This document shows, one piece after another, positions 48,401-57,003 of a stretch of DNA of 64,000 nucleotides. A program made the translations under genes and the position numbers. The stretch covers positions 512,001 to 576,000 of the forward strand of contig CAWJWJ010000001.1 in the NCBI GenBank assembly GCA_963846575.1. The letters run 5' to 3'. The notes under the pieces are model-generated. The model saw only the letters and a program-made list of their open reading frames with translations, was not told the DNA's origin and did no database searches. Source of the stretch: an uncultured Nitrospiraceae bacterium (GTDB taxonomy: Bacteria; Nitrospirota; Nitrospiria; Nitrospirales; Nitrospiraceae). How positions within the stretch are numbered: position 1 is the first letter of the stretch; every line of letters begins with the position of its first letter.

Positions 48401-50180
48401 CAGGTGCCGCGCTCTCTGGTTTCGGCTGCGTCGACGGGTATGCCGAGGAGGCCTGCATGGCGGTGACGGCCGCGAGAATGTCCTCCCAGGAAAGTCCGGA
48501 CGAAGAGGTAAAGGAAGCACCCGATGAACGGGACGCACCTGTGTCTGCTGCTGCATTGAGCACAGGATCCGGACACACAGCCTCCGGTGGCCGTTCAACA
48601 TCCCTTGATCCCGTCCACATGTCAGGCTCGGCTGTTGAAACCGACGGCTCCTGCCTCTCTTCGATTTGGTCCCAGGGCATGGGGGCCGGACTGAGCGGCA
48701 TCTCCGCAATCGGGTGAATACTGGAGGTTTTTAACACCTCAAGCGTCCAAGACAGTTTCTCACCCACGGGCGGCGATGGAAGTTCAGCCTGTTCGGTATG
48801 GGCGATACTCTCAGAAACAGAGTGTCCTGTTTGGTCGTCCCCCGGCGAACCTGCCTGGATCACGTCGTCACCCACTTGCAGCGGCCCAGTAGCCCGAGAT
48901 CCCGCACTCCCCTCCGGTGCCTGAAGGCTGCCATTCACGGGCAATGTCGCGTTGGATTCCTGAACCTCTGCGACGGGCGAAGGGTGCGGGACGGATTCCA
49001 CTCGCGGATTCAGAATCCCCTCCGTCGCTTCCTGACGGTCAGGAACCGGCATCAGGGACAAGGCGACGGCCGTATCATCCATCTGATCCCAGGGCAAGGG
49101 GACCGCGACCGTCGGGTTTGCTCCGACTATCGGGCCGCTCTTTGGCGAGGGCACTTCGATTATTGGTGAATCGCTCCCGGCCAGGGGCGGAACAGGCAGT
49201 TCAGAATCGACCACTTTCTGTTCGTTTTGACGCGAGGTTTGACTCTGCCCTGGCGGCACCGCAGCCGACGACACGGAAGTTTTTTCGGGCGAGAGGAAGC
49301 GGAATGCCGGGGATGAGTCAGCAGCATCAATGGCAGGTACAGAACCAGGAATATCCTCCAGTCCCGAGTCCTGGATGGCCGAGTCCCACGGAGCGAGGGA
49401 AACATCCGAGACCTTGGTTGCGGCCGCAGAATCCTTGGTTGAGGCCTGGGCCGCTCCGGAGGGTGCCGGATCAATTGACGTCGGCTGAATATCCTCCCAT
49501 GGCATGGCAACCACATCCGGCGGGTCGACAGGCTTCTCTGATTCCGGTGAGGTGCGAGGAGGCTCGCTGCCCGATTCGGCCAGGTCCGGCTGAGGAGCAG
49601 CCTGCAACATCTGGCCGGTTACGATATCAAATCTGGCAGCAACGCGAAGGGCCACGGGGCTACCGGGAGCGATGGAGCGAATCTTTCCGAACAGCTCGCC
49701 CGCCCGGTTGGGATGTTCACTGTCGGGATCCTCCAACAACACCTCAACCGCCTTGCCGTACTCTGCCACCGCCGCCATGACATCGCCCTTTCCCTCATAC
49801 ACGTGACCCAGCATTTCCAGGAAAGGCACGCAACGCGGTCCCGCCGTCAAATATTCTCGCAAAAGGGATTCAGCTAACCAATAGTCCTGCCTTTCCATTG
49901 CCTCGCGAGCCAGAGATTCAAACGCGGTCCTGGCGCTCATTAAGCTGCCAAGCCGTAAATGGAGGGTGGCGAACAGGCGACGAGCCTCGGCATTCAGGGG
50001 ATCGAGCGCCAGCAAGTCCTTCAGGGCCGAAGAGGCCCGGCCATACTTGCCGGCGTTCATTTGTGTAATAGCATCCTCGAGCAGCGCCGACTTTTTGTTG
50101 TAGCCGATCGTGCCCTTTTTTTGGAGTTTTGGTGGGGATTTTTTGTCTGACTTCAAGGGGATTTTTTTGTCGGATCGCAC
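45414..50180 (-). CDS. Large membrane protein: N-terminal TPRs, long acidic Pro/Ser-rich linker, TM segment, C-terminal folded domain
   Basis: 1588-aa ORF; TPR helices (LALDPLNAEARRLFA), low-complexity middle, hydrophobic LLVVLGTAIVGLSLAILAG. Confidence 0.85.
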   Translation of the reverse strand: MRSDKKIPLKSDKKSPPKLQKKGTIGYNKKSALLEDAITQMNAGKYGRASSALKDLLALDPLNAEARRLFATLHLRLGSLMSARTAFESLAREAMERQDYWLAESLLREYLTAGPRCVPFLEMLGHVYEGKGDVMAAVAEYGKAVEVLLEDPDSEHPNRAGELFGKIRSIAPGSPVALRVAARFDIVTGQMLQAAPQPDLAESGSEPPRTSPESEKPVDPPDVVAMPWEDIQPTSIDPAPSGAAQASTKDSAAATKVSDVSLAPWDSAIQDSGLEDIPGSVPAIDAADSSPAFRFLSPEKTSVSSAAVPPGQSQTSRQNEQKVVDSELPVPPLAGSDSPIIEVPSPKSGPIVGANPTVAVPLPWDQMDDTAVALSLMPVPDRQEATEGILNPRVESVPHPSPVAEVQESNATLPVNGSLQAPEGSAGSRATGPLQVGDDVIQAGSPGDDQTGHSVSESIAHTEQAELPSPPVGEKLSWTLEVLKTSSIHPIAEMPLSPAPMPWDQIEERQEPSVSTAEPDMWTGSRDVERPPEAVCPDPVLNAAADTGASRSSGASFTSSSGLSWEDILAAVTAMQASSAYPSTQPKPESAAPAEPAAPEETASRDGSISERSETDWLSFETLTPDPFTPAFEAAPPLSAPMPWEQVEVEDVTIPRPDPEPEFGPVSADVEGTHDSSAPLSLTEYGPDLSSTAAPAVDAPVSDGVPPEASRKEEFCILPSQTFVEPPDQFSPIGTPVGPVESVGPAEAESVLLSDPAAQVPKDLSLEHAGCFGGSEAVAASEVDPQLAIAGSWLEAPIDVSLPSPSPALEQNASGALESTPDELTEAGALNAPSHVDELLVDAVAQETLIVPIPEPVVEAIDVPSGEALIFEQPAARIEAAAVTSDLLSEECKAAHPPEPEPVMQDCASMPEAVGGDAGVSPLSESASTGEGNAAGKAAQDSEGQQALSTDGFVPVHSNESNVIPVVPVEPAEALVPETVVAVPGLPEDDGQEATSATVPVAEGPEGGGPRILWDHSSLTPTRDVSTGSMLARWLRKPTPEAAAEVSRPATIPAEPPSLTPVPLHEHYEATQVLPDHQSDRSMEPLSVQLERQVSSPKTGMLVGAWAWRHLSRAAASLIGAGVSTTRLLVVLGTAIVGLSLAILAGSAGAIALTWLILEEQPSPAYRTMTSVPQHTLPDSQKNGYFLLLGFGAGPTQDPVQAGIDSRAEVADRQVIRACLGGEGNGSGGQQGASAEVAGKWFKTIDPAAQMMTEAPRVKSWVSQAGVAMGRYRQWLTKPFEDWGYGQPVSPRCDVILYAHRLYVAEGFAQDQEAGVARLESDITAWRTVMGLAKTMPVKMLASEALNEDLAVVSGLLLTPDLEDSLVSRLAKVARPLDQAEQSMRWPMQSQFVLATQTLEETLSHDEPDARPFYGSVIAAFPMPKQRRFNAYAQYYQEVGKAVAEGRYADLPKQSQFLRTPPHGTLDRLLNPLEGLLGAEPLPAWETYAGRVMETDARLRLVSLQAWLRRTPPEQDLLTRIAKAGQGLYDPFTGFPMLVNKKKGVLYSVGRDLKDDEARDRFDLVVQIPPTAWSGAKRTLDRPDNKSL

Positions 50181-50471
50181 GGTATAACCTTAAAAAAGTT
50201 CAGGTTTTTTAAACAGCGAGGCTATGTTCCAGGGGCGCCGGCGACAATATGGCGCGCCCTCCTGGTCTGTGCCGCGAGAAGTCAAACCATCCTGGGAGGA
50301 GCAAAAGAGGTGCCTTACCCACCCGGATGCTTCTGTCATGTCCAAGCTTGAGAACGTGCCTGGAACCGGGTACCTCAGACCCCGAACAGCGGAATGACAG
50401 CCCAGGGGAGCTAAAATGACCATGTGTCTCTCTTTTTCGGCATTTCCGAGCTTCATCTTAATTGGGAATTC

Positions 50472-50495
50472 TCCTGTGCCAGGCCTGGCACAGGA
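50472..50495. repeat. Perfect 24-bp palindrome
   Basis: TCCTGTGCCAGGCCTGGCACAGGA is its own reverse complement. Confidence 0.9.
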
Positions 50496-50711
50496 TTGAC
50501 CGTGCTCTCCTCCACAAGGTCGCTCGGCATGAAATCGAGTACCAGGCTCAGGTAGTAGGAGGAAGACCGGGAGTCACACATTGAGAAGCGAGGAACAGCG
50601 AGCTATACCTAGATCAGGAACACAGGACGTAACAGGTCCGGGGAAGGCTGGGGGGCAGTTTTACCCCTCCCCCTGAATTTCCGTATACTCATCGAGGCCG
50701 AACCACAAACT

Positions 50712-51536
50712 ATGAAACGGATTATTATCTTCACAGATCTGGATGGGAGCCTGCTCGACTCATCCAACTACTCGTTTGACGCCGCAAAAGATGCCCTCTC
50801 GGCCATTCGTAAACTCAACGTGCCGCTCATTCTGGTTTCGAGCAAAACCCGTTCGGAAATAGAGCCGCTTCGGCTTCAGCTGAATGAGTTCCATCCATTT
50901 GTCGCAGAGAACGGCGGGGCACTGTTTATCCCGAAAGGCTACTTTCCCTTTCCGATCGAGGGTTCCAGGCCAAGCGGAGACTATGACCTCGTCGCAATTG
51001 GGACCCCCTACCTCAGCCTCAGGGCGACGCTGAAAGAAATCGGCCGGGATCTGGGTTGTCGCTTGCAGGGCTTTGGTGATCTGTCGGTGGAGGAGGTCGC
51101 GAAACTCACCGGATTGTCGCCAGCCGATGCCCTGCTGGCCAAGCAGCGGGAATACGACGAACCCTTTGAGGTCATTGGAAAAGAAGTCGGCTGGAGTCAC
51201 CTGCAGAAAGCCGCGCAGGCACGCGGACTACAATGCACCCGAGGAGGGCGCTTCTACCATCTAATGGGATCGAATGAGAAGGGGATCGCGACCCAACGGC
51301 TCATAGGCTGGTACGAACGTCTCGTACAAGGGGGGGGACAGGCCCCGGTGACCATCGGGGTCGGCGACAGTCTCAACGATCTCTCGATGCTGGCTGTGGT
51401 CGACTATCCGGTCCTCGTACAGAAACCTGACCGGTCCTACGATCCGGATGTGCAGCTTCCCCATCTCATCCGTGCCGTCGGGGTAGGACCTGTCGGATGG
51501 AATCGGAGCCTCATGGATCTCTTGCCAACCCTTTGA
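50712..51536 (+). CDS. mpgP: Mannosyl/glucosyl-3-phosphoglycerate phosphatase (HAD-IIB)
   Basis: FTDLDGSLLD, SSKTRSE, REYDEPF, GGRFYH and GDSLND. Confidence 0.9.
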   Translation: MKRIIIFTDLDGSLLDSSNYSFDAAKDALSAIRKLNVPLILVSSKTRSEIEPLRLQLNEFHPFVAENGGALFIPKGYFPFPIEGSRPSGDYDLVAIGTPYLSLRATLKEIGRDLGCRLQGFGDLSVEEVAKLTGLSPADALLAKQREYDEPFEVIGKEVGWSHLQKAAQARGLQCTRGGRFYHLMGSNEKGIATQRLIGWYERLVQGGGQAPVTIGVGDSLNDLSMLAVVDYPVLVQKPDRSYDPDVQLPHLIRAVGVGPVGWNRSLMDLLPTL

Positions 51537-51591
51537 CGAGCGGCGGACCGGCATTCCCGAGTGATGTTGAGCCAACGCAGTGATTGACGCA

Positions 51592-51816
51592 CTATTTCCT
51601 CAGTCGTGAGGCATCGGATCGTCGACGACACTGAAGGCCTATAAAAATCCCACCCGCGAGCCCGAGCCCGACGGCCGCGGCTACGAGACCGACCAGGGAA
51701 CCATTGAACGTAAAGGGAAACTGGCGGCGTTGCGGATAACGGGGAACAGAGGCCTCACCGCCTAACCAGCGGCGCGCCTTGGCCTCTGCATCGACATCCG
51801 AGATATGCTGGTTCAT
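51592..51816 (-). CDS. Small hypothetical membrane protein
   Basis: SD AAGGA, one TM helix, last gene of the operon. Confidence 0.6.
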   Translation of the reverse strand: MNQHISDVDAEAKARRWLGGEASVPRYPQRRQFPFTFNGSLVGLVAAAVGLGLAGGIFIGLQCRRRSDASRLRK

Positions 51817-51857
51817 GCCTTGTCCTTTTTACTCGGCTGCTAGAAACTGCCTACCAT

Positions 51858-52565
51858 TCACAGATGGCGTAAGTCATCGGGAGCCCCGTTTCCCGAGCGC
51901 ACGGAGAGCCCACGTTCCAGGTAATCCTTGGCTAAATCTTTGGCACCCAAACCAAAGGCGATTGCCCCGGCCAACACAATGCCACCGAGGGTAATTCCGA
52001 ACCCCACGACCACGATATTTTGGGCAATGCCCAGTTGTTCTAACGCCATGGCGACCGCCAATAATTGAATCCCCCAGCGGGAGCAGGTCGCCACAAGTCG
52101 TGCGGGAGGCAGTCCGGCATTCACCGCCGCGATGAGAACGGCCTGGGACACAAAGTTTGACAACAACCAGCCGGCGACGAGAATAAGCCCGCCCGTGACA
52201 AGATGGGGTACATAGGCCAGGAACGATTTGGCGAAATCGTTGATCGGCTGGAGGTTGAGTGCGCCCAAGGCGGCGACAGTCGCAAAAATCATGACCAGCC
52301 AGTAGGCGGCCTGCCCTAGCAATCGCGAGGGATCTGTTTTCACTCCTCCGCGTAGAAGGGCACCTGTGACGCCCAAACGATCGAAGAGCCGGTCTAATCC
52401 GACTACCCGGAGCAACCGTTCAAGTGCCTGACTGGCAGTCCACGCCACCACGAGGCCGGCGAAGAAAATGATGGACATCGCGAGGAGGCTTGGCAACACC
52501 GCCAGCACCTGCCGCGCCATCAACTCAAGGGGGTCGAGCAGACCCTTTTCAAAAAATTCTTTCAT
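51858..52565 (-). CDS. TM-helix-repeat membrane protein (MscS N-terminal/CmpX-like)
   Basis: Repeated P.L...L.I...G helices; AIAFGLGAKD. Confidence 0.85.
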   Translation of the reverse strand: MKEFFEKGLLDPLELMARQVLAVLPSLLAMSIIFFAGLVVAWTASQALERLLRVVGLDRLFDRLGVTGALLRGGVKTDPSRLLGQAAYWLVMIFATVAALGALNLQPINDFAKSFLAYVPHLVTGGLILVAGWLLSNFVSQAVLIAAVNAGLPPARLVATCSRWGIQLLAVAMALEQLGIAQNIVVVGFGITLGGIVLAGAIAFGLGAKDLAKDYLERGLSVRSGNGAPDDLRHL

Positions 52566-52622
52566 GCTTCCCTCCTCCGGCCTTTCTCGAAGCCTGCTTC
52601 CAGCTGCATGGAATCGCGCGCC

Positions 52623-53954
52623 TCAGCCGGCGTGGGGTTCATTCCACCGCGCCACCAAATAGGACTTATCCTTTTCAAAAGCCTGGCACAGCGCTTCAAT
52701 GCGCCCTTCGGCCTCGCTTGACGTGAGCCCCTGCGTATCCAGAACAAACGAGGCGGTTCGACCAAGGTACAAAGGCGTGAAGGCCTTCAACACGTGATCG
52801 AGGGGCAGCACACGATTTCGATAGGCCACCGCTGCATCATAAACCACTCTCGCCCAAAGGTTATCGGGGATCCGGAAGTCCTGCAGCGAACAGGTCCCCA
52901 GAACCCGCAGACTCTGTCTGGTGCCGGGAGCCAGAATCTGATCCCAGATTCCGCCCAAATCATTCAAGCCCTGCCGAAAGGTGCTGATCATGCGATCGAC
53001 ATTGACGTTGACAGGTTCGACCCCCACCTCGTATTGAAACCCGAACAAGGGAACCGCGTTCGAACCATCCATTTTAGCCCACACGGCATAATGGTCTTCC
53101 ATCAAGGCAAAGACCGCGCCGAGCACCTGCACCAGCATCGCCGACAGATCCGCCGCTGGATCTTTCGGATTGTGGATTTTTGCACCCAGAAAGCTTTGAC
53201 AGACTCGAGCCCCGCTGGCGATTGCCTCCGTCGTCATCCAAATATCGATCCCGAACTTGGCAACTTCCGATTCCCAGACGTGTTTATCCAGATAGTGCTG
53301 GGCCAAAGGTCCGGAAAACCCGAAATCCCCTCCGATGGGTTGACGAATCCGATGGCCGTACAGGGTTCGGGTCAGAGGGTACACAATGCTGTTCGTGATG
53401 GTTCCGTCGTATTTGTGACGCAGATAGTAGGGCGCGACATAGTCAAACCCTTGCTCGTACACCGGACTCACCAGGAGTTCGATCCATTCCGGAGTGATGC
53501 TCCGGAGATCTGAATCCACCACGGCACAGGCCTTGGCTTTCAAGCGGCGGGCGATCTCAAAAATAGTACGAAAGGCGCTTCCCTTACCAGGGATGCCATG
53601 ATAGGGCGTAATGATCTTGTGCAGAGAACTCTGTTTATCGCCGATAAAGAGCGTTTTCAGATCGACCACAGCCTGAGCCACGACATCCTGCGTGCCATCT
53701 GTCGATCCCCCGTCAGAATTCACCAGGACGGCGCGAGCCTGGGGAAAATATTTGGCCAGCCCGGCGCTGACGGCCCGCACCACATGCCCGATCGTTTCAA
53801 CATTGTTGAAACTGGGAATGCCGACCAAAATGTCCGTATGAGCAAATTGCTCGACTTGCGCTTCAGTCTCAGGAGTCAGTGGGGCGGTATGGATTCCGTC
53901 GGAAACATCAGGGCCAGGCGTCATAGATTGGTTCTCATACGCCTCCGCCCTCAT
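52623..53954 (-). CDS. Glycosyltransferase, glucosylglycerate/mannosylglycerate synthase-like
   Basis: VGIPSFNN, NSDGGSTDGT, GKGSA, DSDLRSI, RQPIGGDF and FGIDIWMT. Confidence 0.88.
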   Translation of the reverse strand: MRAEAYENQSMTPGPDVSDGIHTAPLTPETEAQVEQFAHTDILVGIPSFNNVETIGHVVRAVSAGLAKYFPQARAVLVNSDGGSTDGTQDVVAQAVVDLKTLFIGDKQSSLHKIITPYHGIPGKGSAFRTIFEIARRLKAKACAVVDSDLRSITPEWIELLVSPVYEQGFDYVAPYYLRHKYDGTITNSIVYPLTRTLYGHRIRQPIGGDFGFSGPLAQHYLDKHVWESEVAKFGIDIWMTTEAIASGARVCQSFLGAKIHNPKDPAADLSAMLVQVLGAVFALMEDHYAVWAKMDGSNAVPLFGFQYEVGVEPVNVNVDRMISTFRQGLNDLGGIWDQILAPGTRQSLRVLGTCSLQDFRIPDNLWARVVYDAAVAYRNRVLPLDHVLKAFTPLYLGRTASFVLDTQGLTSSEAEGRIEALCQAFEKDKSYLVARWNEPHAG

Positions 53955-54160
53955 AACCTGTTATGACATCAACAAACTAGATTGGCGAAAGGCTGGTGTG
54001 TGTCACACTATCAGTGCTGGTAAGAGACACTATCTCGCATCATGATGTCAAGCAATTCACTCACTCGCGTTGCCTGAACAAACCCTATTAAATGCCGAAG
54101 ACGGAGGGGCGGGCATCCGGTGCGGGAGTGACAGGGGGACCGAGAACACAAGCGGAACGG

Positions 54161-54526
54161 TTACCCGGCATCGGAAATGACAATCTGTTCCTTATGATCC
54201 GTACTGAATGCGGGCAGCGTATGATGAGCATTGACGAAGAGACTCAGTCGAAGTTGGTCGTCCGCGTCCATTAGAATGGGATCGACTCCTAGGCGAGACT
54301 CATTCGCCCAACGGATCGTCGCCAGTCGCACCGACAACGGTTTAGGTTGTCCTGGAATATGCAAATGCAACTGCAGCAGGTCCCCGGCTTGTAACCCCTT
54401 GAGCCCTGTTCGCGACCATCCGGGAATGGATAAATCCAGCATTCGTCCGTTCCACACCAGGAGCCCGTCTTCGGATCGAGAGCCGGTGCATTCGACGATA
54501 AACCGCGGGCGATGCTGCTGATCCAT
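54161..54526 (-). CDS. PilZ domain protein with degenerate RxxxR
   Basis: QHRPRF, DLSIPG and IRW...LGV. Confidence 0.8.
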   Translation of the reverse strand: MDQQHRPRFIVECTGSRSEDGLLVWNGRMLDLSIPGWSRTGLKGLQAGDLLQLHLHIPGQPKPLSVRLATIRWANESRLGVDPILMDADDQLRLSLFVNAHHTLPAFSTDHKEQIVISDAG

Positions 54527-54745
54527 TCATTCCTCCACCCAAACACCCGCGCAGAATATGAAAAACCACGGACAGCCCGATAGTCCCCGAAAGTGGGGGT
54601 TCGTCAGTTCATGGCCTAAAGTTCGGCTTGCAATGCATTCTGGAGCACCTGAGACCCGGGGGACCTACCGGGGCGGCGGGCGGCACGTTTCTGGACACAG
54701 AGTAAGAAGAAAATTGAGAGGAAATACATCCGGCGTTGTCAGTGA

Positions 54746-55090
54746 TCAGGCCACACGGGGAGAGTCGGTCGGATTGAGAGTCGATCGTACGAAATTGAGA
54801 ATTCGAGCCTCAGCCCCGACATTCATGCTGACGATTTCAAGCCCGAAATGGCGACCTTTGACCCACTGCACCGTCACGCCCTCGATATCGATGGCTTGAG
54901 GCTGGTCCGGCAAAAACACTCGCAATGTAAGCTTTGTGCCGACGGTTACCGGCTTATCACCCTCAATCTGCCATCCCTTCACGGAGAGATCGCAGACCTT
55001 CCCTGTCCCGACCAGACCTTCCCCCAAATAATAGAGGAAGCAGCTGACGGGCACGCGTGAGTTGAGGCGGGATGTAGGAGGCTTGGTCAT
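54746..55090 (-). CDS. PilZ domain protein
   Basis: RLNSR, DLSVKG and VQW...FGL. Confidence 0.88.
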   Translation of the reverse strand: MTKPPTSRLNSRVPVSCFLYYLGEGLVGTGKVCDLSVKGWQIEGDKPVTVGTKLTLRVFLPDQPQAIDIEGVTVQWVKGRHFGLEIVSMNVGAEARILNFVRSTLNPTDSPRVA

Positions 55091-55247
55091 AATGTACAGC
55101 GAGGCAACCGGGCTCAAATCCAGCCGTCCTCGACCATGTCCCAGTCTATCGACCACCGGGAGGATGGCAAAGAATATTCAATTTTTCACCAGGCCCCGGT
55201 GAAATGGACTTCACAGTCGCATGACCTATGAAAAAGACAGGGCGCAG

Positions 55248-55622
55248 TTAGATGAGAGCGGTCACAAATTGTTCGAGCCGGGCAAGCTCGTCGGCCTTAA
55301 TGGAACTGATTGCGACCCCGAATTCCTGGCCGCGCGACCACCGCACGACCGCACGATCGATAAACACGGTAGGATGCTGTCCGGGAAGGAACACACAGAG
55401 GGTGACGATCATACCGGGCTCGACTGGATGTGACCCATCAACGCGCCACCCGTTGAGAGAGAGGTTCCAAGCTATGCCGGTACCCTGGAACTCATCGCTG
55501 GAGTAGTAGACCGAACATTGGACGGGAAACCTGCGAAAGGACCGTACTTGAAAGGCAATACTTGCCGGAGCGGTCGGATGACATGGCACTAATGAAGAAG
55601 GCTGATTGCTGCCAGCGGCCAT
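55248..55622 (-). CDS. PilZ domain protein
   Basis: RSFRR, NLSLNG and VRW...FGV. Confidence 0.88.
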   Translation of the reverse strand: MAAGSNQPSSLVPCHPTAPASIAFQVRSFRRFPVQCSVYYSSDEFQGTGIAWNLSLNGWRVDGSHPVEPGMIVTLCVFLPGQHPTVFIDRAVVRWSRGQEFGVAISSIKADELARLEQFVTALI

Positions 55623-55660
55623 ATCTGATTTAACCAGACTTATGATCGCGACGCCAGTCT

Positions 55661-55737
55661 TGGGGTGAGTGACGGGTTTCGAACCCGCGACCTCCGGATC
55701 CACAATCCGGCGCTCTAACCAACTGAGCTACACCCAC
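55661..55737 (-). tRNA. tRNA-His(GTG)
   Basis: GTGGGTGTAGCTCAGTTGGTTAGAGCGCCGGATTGTGGATCCGG...GGTTCGAAACCC...CACTCACCCCA; encoded CCA; G-1 at 55738. Confidence 0.98.
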
Positions 55738-55892
55738 CATGCAGGAGCGCGCAAAGAACGCGCATCTTAGCAAACCCTGAAGAACAGTCGCAACCATGCG
55801 GCTATGACTGCTCACTTGTCCCATTCCTGCCGTTCGCTGGATCAAGCGCAGTTCGCCGCATTCAGCCGAATCTCTCGCCGGAATCCTCGCCC

Positions 55893-56612
55893 TTACCCCG
55901 CTCGCTTATCGAACGCTGCCTGCATTTCTGCAAGAATAGCTGCGGTAGCAGCGGGCGGGTCCGAGGCGTCACGAATGGGACGGCCGATCACGAGGAAATC
56001 TGCACCCGCCGCAATGGTTTGGGTGGGCGTCGTAACCCGGGCATGGTCATCCGTCCCCCTTCCGGCCGGCCTGACGCCTGGCGTGACGATCGTCAGATCG
56101 GCCCCCACCTTCGCACGGATGGCCTGCGGCTCTTCTCCGGACGCCACCACCCCGTCACACCCGACCTCTGCGGCCAAGGTGGCCCTGGCCGTGACCAGAT
56201 CCTGCACGGTCCGCTGAATCCCCATATCCCGTAAATCCTGGCCATCGAAATTCGTAAGCACCGTCACCGCCAGCAGCTTGAGATCGGACTGGCCTCGCCC
56301 CTGCACCGCCGCAATCAAGGCCTTTCGATTCGCATGGATCGTTAAAAAAGTCGCTCCCATGGCTGCAACCCGAGCCGTCGCGCGCCGCACGGTTTCTTCG
56401 ATGTCGAGAAATTTGAGATCGAGGAAAACCTGCTTCCCACGATTTATGAGGCGCTGAACAATCTCAGGACCCGCCACCGTATAGAGTTCCAAACCAACTT
56501 TTACAAATCTCACCTGATCTCCCATACGATCCACCAGCGCATCTGCTTCCGCGGCCGAAGGAACATCCAACGCCACTATGAGACGATCTCTCGCGTCAAT
56601 TCGCATGATCAT
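55893..56612 (-). CDS. pyrF: Orotidine-5'-phosphate decarboxylase
   Basis: LIVALD, KVG, DLKFLDI, VTVLT, TPGVR and IGRPI. Confidence 0.96.
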   Translation of the reverse strand: MIMRIDARDRLIVALDVPSAAEADALVDRMGDQVRFVKVGLELYTVAGPEIVQRLINRGKQVFLDLKFLDIEETVRRATARVAAMGATFLTIHANRKALIAAVQGRGQSDLKLLAVTVLTNFDGQDLRDMGIQRTVQDLVTARATLAAEVGCDGVVASGEEPQAIRAKVGADLTIVTPGVRPAGRGTDDHARVTTPTQTIAAGADFLVIGRPIRDASDPPAATAAILAEMQAAFDKRAG

Positions 56613-56727
56613 ACATTCCTCCGGAAGCGTCGGCGCTCCCGACGTCCTGGCTGACTCCTTCCGATGTCCTTGACCTCTCTTCTCATCCTATGCTACAAGC
56701 TCAGGCTTTGAACGTAGGAGAATCCGT

Positions 56728-57003
56728 ATGCCTGTTGTCCATAAGTCCACGATTCGTCGGGCCCGTCAATCTGAGAAACGCCGGTTGCGCAATCGCGCGA
56801 CGCTCAGTTCCGTCCGAAGCATCCTTCGGAAAGTCCAGGAAGCGATCGCTGCCAAGAAGCCGGATGAAGCGAAAGCCACTCTCCGGGAAGCGACTGCAGC
56901 GTTGGACAAAGCGGTTACCAAGGGAGTGGTGAAACCCAATACCGCATCGCGCCGCGTGTCCAGGCTTACCGTGCGTGTGAACGCCATCACCGCTTCCGCG
57001 TAA
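56728..57003 (+). CDS. rpsT: 30S ribosomal protein S20
   Basis: KSTIRRARQSEKRRLRN; LDKAVTKGVVKPNTASRR. Confidence 0.97.
   Translation: MPVVHKSTIRRARQSEKRRLRNRATLSSVRSILRKVQEAIAAKKPDEAKATLREATAALDKAVTKGVVKPNTASRRVSRLTVRVNAITASA

Noticed and set aside
50472..50502. Sigma54 promoter suggested by TGGCAC in the palindrome
   Set aside because: No GC at -12 on either strand.
54575..54625. c-di-GMP-I riboswitch-like pieces (CGAAAG loop, GGCCTAAA) between PilZ genes
   Set aside because: Wrong strand for the PilZ genes, and the GGCAAA and GACGCAAAGC core is missing.
54161..55737. Integrative element at tRNA-His
   Set aside because: No integrase and no duplicated tRNA 3' end found.
56987..57003. 17-bp convergent overlap of rpsT and holA
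   Set aside because: A short tail overlap in a common gene arrangement.
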